DNA of 17,499 nucleotides from Thermoproteota archaeon. Its GTDB lineage: Archaea > Korarchaeota > Korarchaeia > Korarchaeales > Korarchaeaceae. Shown one piece after another: positions 8,120 through 15,846 of this stretch. Location: assembly GCA_027491415.1 (NCBI GenBank), contig JAOZFH010000010.1, positions 1 through 17,499 of the forward strand. The letters are read 5' to 3'. Made by a program: the position numbers and the translations under genes. Numbering within the stretch: the first letter of the stretch is position 1; the number at the start of each line of letters is the position of its first letter. A model generated the notes under the pieces. That model worked only from the letters and a program-made list of their open reading frames with translations. It did not search any database and was not told where the DNA came from.

Positions 8120-9370
8120 TCACGCCCCTCCCCAGAGCCCCCTCCCGGCGTAGATCACCACCTCCTCGCCGGCCTCCAGCCTCAGGATCCCCTCGGGGAT
8201 CTCCACGAAGCCGTCGGACTCCACAACAGGGCGGCGGCAGAAGCTCGGCGCCTTGATGGGGACCACCTCCTCCCCCTCCAGCCTCGCGAACACGATCCTC
8301 CTGAACGGGGCGTACCTCTCGTCCCCAACCGGGGCCCTCAGCCTCCCCCGCCCGACCTCGACCCTGGCCTCCGGCGGGAGGCCGGCCATCGCCCTCACCA
8401 GGGGGAGGAGCACGTACACCAGGCCCGCGATCATGGACTGATAGTGGCCGGCGAGCAGGACCACCGGCTTCTCCCCGACGAACGCCGCGCTCGTCACCCG
8501 CCCGGGCTTGAGCCTGAGCCCCCGAAACGCGGGCTCGAATCCGTCCATCGACTTGAGGGTCGTCCACACGTAGTCCCACCGGCCGATCGACGTCCCGCCT
8601 ATCGTGACAACGACGTCGGCCGCGCTCAGGGCCTGCTGAAGCACCTCCCCTATCTTGTTCGGGTCGTCTGGGGCGATCGGCATCCTGAGGGGCTCCCCCC
8701 CGTTCCTCCTGACGGCCTCCCCCACTACGGCGTGCCTGACCTCCAGCTTAACCCCCGGGGCTCGACCTGGGTCGGGAGAGTAGCTCAGCTCACTCCCGAC
8801 GGGCACTACCGCCACCCTCGGCCTCCTGGAGACCCTGACCACTTGAAACCCCAGATCGGCCAGAAGGTCCAGGTGCCTGGGCTCCACCAGCTGGCCGGAC
8901 CTGAGCACCACCTGCCCCGCCCTCACGTCGGCCCCGGCCTGCAGCACGTTCCTTCCGGGCCGGACAGGAGATCTGACGACTATGCGATCCCCCTCCCTGG
9001 GGACCGACTCCACCGGGATGACCGAGTCGGCCCCCTCAGGCAGGTAGGCGTCCGTGGCGACGTAGAAGGCGCATCCGGGCTCCAGGAGACCGGGATCCTC
9101 CCCAATTCGAACCTCTCCGGTCACTCGGATCCTCACAGGGCTGTCCGGACCGGCGCCGGAGGTGTCCGCCGACGACACCGCGTAGCCGTCGAAGAGGGAC
9201 GTGGGCCTCCTCGGGACGTCCCAAGGGGCCCTCAGGTCCTCCGCAGAGACCCTACCGACGGCCTCTGCCAGTGGGACCTCCTCCACCTCCGTCGGCCGGG
9301 CCCCGGACAGGAGGGCGTCGAGGGCCCGGTCGAGCGGGGAGTACCTGAAGAGCTTCTCCATGAGGCTCAA
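8120..9370 (-). CDS. moeA: Molybdopterin molybdotransferase MoeA
   Basis: EAVGRV.AED, DGYAV, LPEGADSV, GSEL, PDD, GGTS.G..DY and KPG. TTG start overlaps the xdhC stop (alternative ATG 9361). Confidence 0.92.
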   Translation of the reverse strand: MSLMEKLFRYSPLDRALDALLSGARPTEVEEVPLAEAVGRVSAEDLRAPWDVPRRPTSLFDGYAVSSADTSGAGPDSPVRIRVTGEVRIGEDPGLLEPGCAFYVATDAYLPEGADSVIPVESVPREGDRIVVRSPVRPGRNVLQAGADVRAGQVVLRSGQLVEPRHLDLLADLGFQVVRVSRRPRVAVVPVGSELSYSPDPGRAPGVKLEVRHAVVGEAVRRNGGEPLRMPIAPDDPNKIGEVLQQALSAADVVVTIGGTSIGRWDYVWTTLKSMDGFEPAFRGLRLKPGRVTSAAFVGEKPVVLLAGHYQSMIAGLVYVLLPLVRAMAGLPPEARVEVGRGRLRAPVGDERYAPFRRIVFARLEGEEVVPIKAPSFCRRPVVESDGFVEIPEGILRLEAGEEVVIYAGRGLWGGA

Positions 9371-10227
9371 TCCGAACCCCTCTCCAGGGCGTCTATCATC
9401 CCGTCGGCCACCGACATAGACCCGGGGGGCCGGACCCCCTTAACCACGGCCAGCATCTCCGCGACGACGCTGACGGCCACCTCCCCGGGCGTGTCCGAGC
9501 CGAGGTCGAGCCCGGACGGCACCCTCAGGACCCCCTTGAGCCTGGAGAAGTCGAGCCCCTCGTCCCTGAGCCTGGCCAGAAGCTTCCCACCCTTGGTCCT
9601 GCTTCCCAGCAGGCCGACGTACCTCGGGAGCCTATCGAGGCCGCACAGGAACCGAAGCACCCTGTACTCCACGTCCGGCTCCCCGTGGGCTATGAAGAGG
9701 AGGTCCTCCGGGCCCGGCGGATCCCTCGCGAGGCCGTCGACGGGATCGCCGACCCTCAGCTCGGCCCCCGGGAACCTCTCCGAAGTGGCGGTCTCCGGGT
9801 TGTCGTCCACCACCACGGACCTCCACCCCAGGACCCGGGCCACCCTGTGGACCTGGAGGGCCACGTGCCCGGACCCCACGAGGAAGAGCCTCGGGTCCGG
9901 CACCAGCACGTCGATGAACACCGCCGACTCACCCCCGCACAGGTGGCCGGTGCCTATGGACCCGGGGGAGCCGGACTCCGCGAAGCTGAACCTGAGGAGC
10001 CTGGGCCTGCCGTCCTGGAGCGCCTCCCTCGCCGCCTCGACGACCAGCCTCTCGAACTCCCCTCCCCCGAGGGTCCCGAAGACGCCGCCCTCGAGCACGG
10101 CCAGCTTGGCACCCGGATCCCTAGGGCCGGAGCCCACCTTCTCCACGACCGTGCAGAGCGCCACCCGCCTGCCCCTGCTCAGCTCTCGGGCCGCCGCCGC
10201 GAGGACGGCTGGATCTCCGGCCGGCAT
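9367..10227 (-). CDS. xdhC: XdhC/CoxI-family Moco chaperone
   Basis: GSGPRDPGAK, GTLGGG.FE, LCGG, GSGHVA, YVGLLGS and GLDLGSDTPGEVAVSVVAE. True start is ATG 10227; the track's extension to 10677 overlaps the upstream gene. Confidence 0.93.
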   Translation of the reverse strand: MPAGDPAVLAAAARELSRGRRVALCTVVEKVGSGPRDPGAKLAVLEGGVFGTLGGGEFERLVVEAAREALQDGRPRLLRFSFAESGSPGSIGTGHLCGGESAVFIDVLVPDPRLFLVGSGHVALQVHRVARVLGWRSVVVDDNPETATSERFPGAELRVGDPVDGLARDPPGPEDLLFIAHGEPDVEYRVLRFLCGLDRLPRYVGLLGSRTKGGKLLARLRDEGLDFSRLKGVLRVPSGLDLGSDTPGEVAVSVVAEMLAVVKGVRPPGSMSVADGMIDALERGSD

Positions 10228-10248
10228 ATACCGGGGGAAGGGGCGGTC

Positions 10249-10257
10249 AAATATTAT
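10249..10257 (-). promoter_or_regulatory. TATA-like box for a leaderless xdhC-moeA-mocA transcript
   Basis: Minus strand ATAATATTT lies 22-30 nt upstream of ATG 10227. No SD is visible. Confidence 0.5.
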
Positions 10258-10304
10258 CCTGAGAGGGGGCCCACGCAGGCCGGGAGGGCGGGTTCGCTCG
10301 GGGG

Positions 10305-11042
10305 TCACCTCCCGAGGGGGCACCACCTCCTGAACCCGAGGAGCGCCTCGGCTGAGGCGCCGGTGACGCCGTAGAGCACTATCTTCTCTGAGGGGGCGGA
10401 GATCAGGTCGTCGAGAGTGCCGTTGGCCACCACGCTGCTGGTCACGAGGGCGAGGTCGGCCCACTGGACGGCCTCCCCGTCCGAAGAGTGGGGCTCCACC
10501 TCGACGCCCTCGACCATCTTCCCGACATTCCTGGGGTTCGCGTCGGTTATCCTCAGGCGGGTCCCGCCGAGCGTCCGAGCCAGAGAGCGGGCCATGGCCG
10601 GCTGGTACCCCACCAGGGCCACCCTCTCGACGCCGAGGCCAGATACCCACTCGGCCAGCCTCTCGGCGCACCTCCACGGATCCTCGTCCCTGCAGTGGAC
10701 GGTCCTGTCCGCGAGGCCCAGCGCCCGGACCAGTGCGTTGGACGTCGCCACCAAGATAGCCCTCAGCCTGGGGTCTGAGGCGTCGAGCTCAAGGACCTCG
10801 CCCAGGGTACCGGAGAACTCCCACGGGCGTCCGGTGAAGGCCTGTCCCCTGGCACCGAGGACCGTCGCCTCGACCAGCCTCTCCTCACCCCTGGCCAGGG
10901 GGAACTCCGGGCTCCCGGGGTCGCCGATGGCCTCCTTCGGAGAGAGGGGGTGGGCTCTCACCTCGACCCTCTCGCCCCCAAGGCCCCTCGAGGCGATCAG
11001 ATCTCTGAGCCTCCCCCTCAGGAGATCGACGAGGCGCCCCAT
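10305..11042 (-). CDS. DUF364/Rossmann-like domain protein
   Basis: EAIGDP..FPL.RGEE.L.EA, GQAFT, HCRDEDPWRCA, VGYQPAM, D.NP.N.G, ANGT and YGVTGA. TATA-like ATTTAT at 11070-11075, ~28 nt upstream. Confidence 0.8.
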   Translation of the reverse strand: MGRLVDLLRGRLRDLIASRGLGGERVEVRAHPLSPKEAIGDPGSPEFPLARGEERLVEATVLGARGQAFTGRPWEFSGTLGEVLELDASDPRLRAILVATSNALVRALGLADRTVHCRDEDPWRCAERLAEWVSGLGVERVALVGYQPAMARSLARTLGGTRLRITDANPRNVGKMVEGVEVEPHSSDGEAVQWADLALVTSSVVANGTLDDLISAPSEKIVLYGVTGASAEALLGFRRWCPLGR

Positions 11043-11091
11043 CCAAGGGCCGAGTGGTCCAGACCCCGGATAAATGTAGGCTGCCAGAAGC

Positions 11092-11542
11092 TCACGACCG
11101 TCGAGGGGTTCCCCGGGGAGAGGGCTCGACGAACACCACCTCTATCCCCTCGCTCGCCAGGAGATCTGCGATACTCTTGTGGTCGGAGTCGCAGGTGAGG
11201 AGCCTGGCCGGGGGGATGGGGGAGCACGCTATCAGCAGGTCCAGGTCGGGGACCTCGATCCCCTCTCCTCGGCCCTGGCCCTGACTCTAGCCGCCAGGTC
11301 GACCGCCCTCCTGGTCAGCGGGGCGACGGAGATCCACCTCAGCGTCCTCTGGATCCACAGGAGTTCGCTCGAGCCCCCCTCGCTCGAAGCGCGTGGTAAG
11401 CCCCCGCGAGCAGCTCGTACTCCGTCAAAACTGAGATTAGGAGACCTCCCGCCCCCTCTGCGGCCCTCCTGAGGGACTCGGCAGCCTTGGAGCTTCCCCT
11501 CCTCAGCTCTAACAGGAAGGACGTGTCTAGGAGGAGGTTCAA
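11092..11542 (-). pseudogene. vapC: VapC PIN-domain toxin interrupted by two frameshifts (or homopolymer errors)
   Basis: LLDTSFL..ISVLTEYEL in frame 1, SELLWIQRTLRWISVAPLT..AARVRA in frame 2, and IEVPDLDLLIACS..LLTCDSDH in frame 3, ending at TGA 11092-11094. Adding one G to each of the runs at 11374-11379 and 11260-11263 restores a 150-aa ORF. Confidence 0.85.
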
Positions 11543-11763
11543 GCTTCCACCCTGGGGCCGAAGCCCTCCCTCAGCTCCCTGACTATCCTCACGATCTCCT
11601 CGACTCCCTCCAACCTCCTGGACTCCTCTATGATGCGCTCGACCCTGAGATCCACCCTCGATCGGATGAGCTCGTCTATGACCTGGGAGAAGCTCCTGCC
11701 TCCGGCTCCCTTGAGGGCCACGAGCTTCCTGTAGACCTCATCGCTCACGGTTATGGTTTTCAT
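11539..11763 (-). CDS. vapB: VapB-family antitoxin
   Basis: MKTITVSDEVYRKLVALK...SFSQVIDELI (archaeal RHH-type antitoxin), with a 4-nt overlap with the PIN gene. Confidence 0.88.
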   Translation of the reverse strand: MKTITVSDEVYRKLVALKGAGGRSFSQVIDELIRSRVDLRVERIIEESRRLEGVEEIVRIVRELREGFGPRVEA

Positions 11764-11862
11764 CTCTTCGTGTGTCGTATATTATGGAACATAAGCCTCG
11801 TGCAAAGGGTGGACGCCCTGCCACGCGAATTATATCTCGCGGGGGGAGACGGGACTCTAGCA

Positions 11863-12468
11863 GTGCGCGGCAGAAGGTTGCCGAGAGATTTCTTCTGCAG
11901 GGACCCGGTGGCGCTGGCGATCGACCTGCTGGGCAAGCTGCTCGTCCACGAGTCTCCGGAGGGCAGGACCTCCGGCGTGGTGGTGGAGACGGAGGCCTAC
12001 CTCGGGAGGGGGGACAGGGCGTCGCACGGCTACGGCGGCAGGAGGACCCCGAGAATGGAGCCCCTCTACGGGCCGTGCGGGCGCGCCTACGTCTACGTGG
12101 TCCACGGGAGGCCCCTGCTGAACGTGGTGGCGGGGCCGCCCGGGGAGCCTACGGCCGTCCTAATCAGGGCGCTGGAGCCCAGGGAGGGAATCGAGCTCAT
12201 GGCCGAGAGGCGTGGAATAAGGATAGAGAAGGAGTCAGACCTGAGGAAACTCTGTTCCGGGCCGGGGAGGCTCACCCAGGCCATGGGAATAACGAGGGAG
12301 CACAACGGCGCGGACCTAGTGGAGGGGCCAATACACTTCGAGGATGTGGGGTACGAGGTCCGCGAGGTCGTGAGGAGGCCCAGGGTCGGCGTGGACTACG
12401 CGGGCGAGGACGCGCTAAGGCCCCTCAGGTTCTACGTGGCGGGGAACAGGTTCGTGTCGAGGAGGTGA
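11863..12468 (+). CDS. mpg: DNA-3-methyladenine glycosylase (MPG/AAG family)
   Basis: LLGKLL, VETEAYLG..D.ASH, YVY.VHG, AVLIRALEP, SGPGRL.QA.GI, PRVG and LRFY..GN.FVS. Likely start is GTG 11863, with TATA-like AATTATAT ~28-34 nt upstream. Confidence 0.95.
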   Translation: MRGRRLPRDFFCRDPVALAIDLLGKLLVHESPEGRTSGVVVETEAYLGRGDRASHGYGGRRTPRMEPLYGPCGRAYVYVVHGRPLLNVVAGPPGEPTAVLIRALEPREGIELMAERRGIRIEKESDLRKLCSGPGRLTQAMGITREHNGADLVEGPIHFEDVGYEVREVVRRPRVGVDYAGEDALRPLRFYVAGNRFVSRR

Positions 12469-12607
12469 GCGAGCCACCGGCGGACCGTGTGGGACGTCGG
12501 GGGAACGGCCGGGCGGAGTGTGGGTGAGGGGAGGGTCGGCTGCTGCACTCCCCGGATTGCGGGGGGTTGGGGGCTTCTTAGAGCCGGCGGTACGCAGGAA
12601 TTGGTTG

Positions 12608-14533
12608 TCAGCTCTGCCGACCCCCGCTAGGGATTGAGATCGGAGGTATCTTACATTTCAGGATTCCGAGGGCGAAGCGCCTGGCCTCCCCCTCCAGACC
12701 CAGGGCCCTGAGCCGAGAGATCAGTCGGGCTGCGCCGTAGGCGTCGGCCTCCCTGGAGAGCCTGTCCAGGAACTCCAGGGCGAAGCGCCTGGCCTCCCCC
12801 TCCAGACCCAGGGCCCTGAGCCAGGAGATCAGTCGGGCTGCGCCGGGGGCCGAGACTCGAAATTCATTCTCCCCCTCCGAGCCTGGAGCTGGAGTTCGAT
12901 CTCTCTGCTTCAAGACATCCGTCAAGACGCACGTCAGCACCCTTAGCGCCAGTGGGCTGTCCGAAGATTCTTCAACTAGGTAGTCTGCGGGGGGCTTAGC
13001 CCCTCCGACCCGTGCGGCGCTCCTCCAGACCTCCAAGAGGAAGCTCTCCTCTCCCCAGTCTCCAGGAGGGAGGTGAGGCCTGAGCTCCCCATGCCGCACA
13101 CCCCTCAGGAGGAGCCTGGCGTACTCCTTGTGGTAGAGGACGTGCTCGAACCTGCCTCCGGGTCCGTGTGTCCTCTGCAGATACCCCCTCTCCGCGAGCC
13201 AGTCCAGCCCTGACTCAACGCGGCCGAGCGCAATCTCCTTATCCTCACCACGCAGGAGGGGTCTCAGGGCCTCCCTCACCACGCGAGCGTCGAAGGGGGC
13301 CTGAAACGTGTACAGCGCGGCGGCCACCAGCAGGACGAGCGCCCTGGGCCAGTTCTCTAGCCTACCCTCCATGACCCCGGAAATCTCTTCCAGAACGCGC
13401 CTCTCCAGGGCCCCCCTCACGTCCTCCGGAGACCTCAGAACGGGTCTCTCCCCGCTCCTAACGAGTTCGGCCATGAAGAGAGGGTTGAAGCCGGCCCCCT
13501 CTACTAGGTTGGCGACCTCCCGGTCGCTCAGCTTCCACCCCCGCCGCCGGGTCAGCCACCTGGCGAATCTCTCGAGTTCCCATCTCTCGATCCTCAGACT
13601 TAACTCGTCCACCGCCCCGAGGGGATTCTCCCTCTCCCAGGGACCCACCAAGCTCCTCCTGGTCCCGGCGACGGCGACCGCCCCGGCCCTCCTGATCCTG
13701 TCGAAGGCGGCCGCCACGTCCCTCGGGGCGGCCTCGGCCCTGTCCAAGATGAAGACCATCCTCCTCACCAGGCTCCTGCCCACCCTACCATCAAGCGCTT
13801 CCTCGAGTCTCCTCCTCACCTCCCCGACGTCGACGCTGGCCAGTTCCGCTCGGCCCACCTGGGCGTTCACGTAGAACACCAGCCTTCCCTTGATAGTCAG
13901 CTCCCAGCCGGCCGTCGCGAGTGAGTAGGTCTTGCCCGAGGCCGCGGGCCCTATCAGGATGAGGCTCTCCCCCCTCTCAGCCCTCCTCAGCACCTCGTCC
14001 ACGGCGGGCCACCTGTAGACCCTCCCCGACGCCAGGTCGGCCAGGGATGGGAGACCCCTCCCCCCCTCGGCGAGCACGGTGACGAGAGGCGCGAAGGGGA
14101 CCTCAAGCAGCTCGTGGACCGCCCTCACGACGCCCTCCCCGGAGACCCGCGTCCCGGCCTCCTCACAGGCCGCCAAGACCGCGGAGGCCAGGGCCAGCTT
14201 CCCCAGGGCCTTGGCCGCGTCTTCCCTCTCCTCAAGCTCCTCGGCACCCTCCAAGATCGAGAGGAACCTCTCCCAGAGCCTGCCTAGGCTCTCCCCGTCC
14301 GCCGCCCCCTCTCGGACGGTTGCAAGTATGGAGCGAGCCTCCTCCAGCTCCCGCCCGCGGAGCGAGGACAGCTCCCTTAGTACCTCGATCTCCCTGTCCT
14401 CGAACATCCCGCGGAGCGAATCTATTAGGCTGGACAGCCTCCCGTGAAACTCCGCCAGGTCGTTTACCGAGCCCATAAGCTCGGTCGCCCTAAGGAATCC
14501 GATCAGGGCCAGGGAGAGCAGACCCTCCAGCAA
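12608..14533 (-). CDS. STAND-class (NLR-like) P-loop ATPase with helical N-terminus, winged-helix region and C-terminal repeat
   Basis: Walker A GPAASGKT (13928-13951), Walker B VFILDRAE, sensor-like VAGTR, GFNPL (GxP-like), and LDWLAERGYL..LYHKEYA. TTATA lies ~27 nt before TTG 14533 (alternative ATG 14476). Confidence 0.75.
   Translation of the reverse strand: MLEGLLSLALIGFLRATELMGSVNDLAEFHGRLSSLIDSLRGMFEDREIEVLRELSSLRGRELEEARSILATVREGAADGESLGRLWERFLSILEGAEELEEREDAAKALGKLALASAVLAACEEAGTRVSGEGVVRAVHELLEVPFAPLVTVLAEGGRGLPSLADLASGRVYRWPAVDEVLRRAERGESLILIGPAASGKTYSLATAGWELTIKGRLVFYVNAQVGRAELASVDVGEVRRRLEEALDGRVGRSLVRRMVFILDRAEAAPRDVAAAFDRIRRAGAVAVAGTRRSLVGPWERENPLGAVDELSLRIERWELERFARWLTRRRGWKLSDREVANLVEGAGFNPLFMAELVRSGERPVLRSPEDVRGALERRVLEEISGVMEGRLENWPRALVLLVAAALYTFQAPFDARVVREALRPLLRGEDKEIALGRVESGLDWLAERGYLQRTHGPGGRFEHVLYHKEYARLLLRGVRHGELRPHLPPGDWGEESFLLEVWRSAARVGGAKPPADYLVEESSDSPLALRVLTCVLTDVLKQRDRTPAPGSEGENEFRVSAPGAARLISWLRALGLEGEARRFALEFLDRLSREADAYGAARLISRLRALGLEGEARRFALGILKCKIPPISIPSGGRQS
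12669..12845. repeat. 69-bp direct repeat, two copies (12669-12737 and 12777-12845), period 108 bp
   Basis: 67 of 69 nt identical. Encodes GAARLIS[W/R]LRALGLEGEARRFAL twice, with a 36-aa period. Confidence 0.95.
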
Positions 14534-14875
14534 CCCAGCCCTGGGTCCGCCGAGAAAGGTATAAGGTTGTGGCCGCCCCCGCAGGCGGCGGCCGCGGGGT
14601 CCAGGTGGTGTTGGGGGAGAGTCGCCCGCCTCGCGCGTACGGAGTCTCCCGACGGCGATCCGGGCGCCTTCCCGCCTGGCGTCCGGGTCGGGGCGCTCGT
14701 CGATTGCGCCCGTCGATCAGCCGCCACAGGGGTCACGAGGATTCCCTAGGCCGACCGGGCTTCACGACCGTGAGAGGAGCACTCCCTGCCCCAGACTCCA
14801 AGGGAGGCCTGCGTCGATCCGATTCCAGGGGGCCGCGCGCAATCTTTATCTTCACAGGATGCACATAACTCACCG

Positions 14876-15163
14876 ATGGCGAATATCACGCTGAGCATTC
14901 CGGAGGACCTCTACCGGCTGATGAAGAGGTACAAGAGCATCAACTGGTCCGAGATCGCCAGGAGGGCGATAGTCAGGGAGATCCTCTACAGGAAGGCGCG
15001 AGACGAGGGACTCACCCTGAGGGAGCTCGGCATGCTCTTGGACGTCAGCGGGATACCCTTGACCGGCGAGAGGCCTACGCTTGACGAGGGGGAACTCCAG
15101 GATAGGCTGAGGAGGAGGGAGCGGAGGAGGATGGAGGGGCTGAGGGAGGGGGTTTCATCGTGA
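14876..15163 (+). CDS. RHH-type antitoxin (VapB-like)
   Basis: MANITLSIPEDLYRLMKRY..INWSEIARRAI. TTTAT box at ~14845, and a GTGA overlap with the PIN gene. Confidence 0.85.
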   Translation: MANITLSIPEDLYRLMKRYKSINWSEIARRAIVREILYRKARDEGLTLRELGMLLDVSGIPLTGERPTLDEGELQDRLRRRERRRMEGLREGVSS

Positions 15164-15498
15164 CCGTCCTCGACACCTCGTCCGTCATATCGCGGGTCAG
15201 GAGGGGGGTCGAGGTCTGGGAGAACGTCACCACGATCGCCCTGATCGAGTACCCGCCGCTCAGGGGATACGAGAAGTTTCAAGGAACGATCTACTTCGCC
15301 TCTGAGGATGACCAGCTGCTCGCCGCGACCCTTCAGGAGAGGCTCAGGAGGGTGGGCAGGCCCATGAGCGCGGCAGACCTGCTGGTGGCGGCCATCTGCA
15401 TCAACAGGGGTGAGGAGCTCGTGACGAGGGACGAGGACTTCCTCGCGCTGGCTGAGGCTGAACCCTCCCTCAGGGTGAGGGTGGAGCACGAGCGTTAG
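15160..15498 (+). CDS. vapC: VapC PIN-domain toxin
   Basis: VLDTS, IEYP, ADLLVAA and LVTRDEDF; the acidic PIN residues are intact. Confidence 0.9.
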   Translation: MTVLDTSSVISRVRRGVEVWENVTTIALIEYPPLRGYEKFQGTIYFASEDDQLLAATLQERLRRVGRPMSAADLLVAAICINRGEELVTRDEDFLALAEAEPSLRVRVEHER

Positions 15499-15846
15499 AG
15501 ATGCGCAGCGCCAGAGGCCCCGCAGAGCCGGGCATAAGCCTCTGAGGCGGGGCGGATCTCCAACCGGCTCTGGCGGACTCGTCACCGTGTCGGGATGCCG
15601 ACGGTGGATACTGAGTGGGAATGAGAAAAGAAAAGTAAAACTCATCTAGCTAGGGCCTGCCCACGGGCGGCGTGGGAGGGTGCGTCGAGGAGGGGGATCT
15701 CGGTTCGCGTGGCGCTCGCTGAATCGCAAGTCGACAGGCGCCCAGCCAGCGCCACGCAGACCCGGGAGGGGCGATCTCCCGCTCCGGCAGGCCCTCTCTT
15801 CTCGGCCGGGGACTGGGTTCCGGGTAGACCTGCGGGAGGGCGACGA

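Noticed and set aside
7751-10333. 860-aa plus-strand ORF
   Set aside because: Antisense shadow of mocA/moeA/xdhC in GC-rich DNA; no recognisable motifs.
10228-10677. Long N-terminal extension of XdhC
   Set aside because: It overlaps the DUF364-like gene, and a TATA-like box sits just before ATG 10227.
12469-12607. G-rich spacer as a G-quadruplex or ncRNA
   Set aside because: G runs are common throughout this GC-rich window; no specific support.
12669-12845. CRISPR array or att sites
   Set aside because: Only two 69-bp copies, in frame inside a CDS, with no cas or integrase gene in the window.
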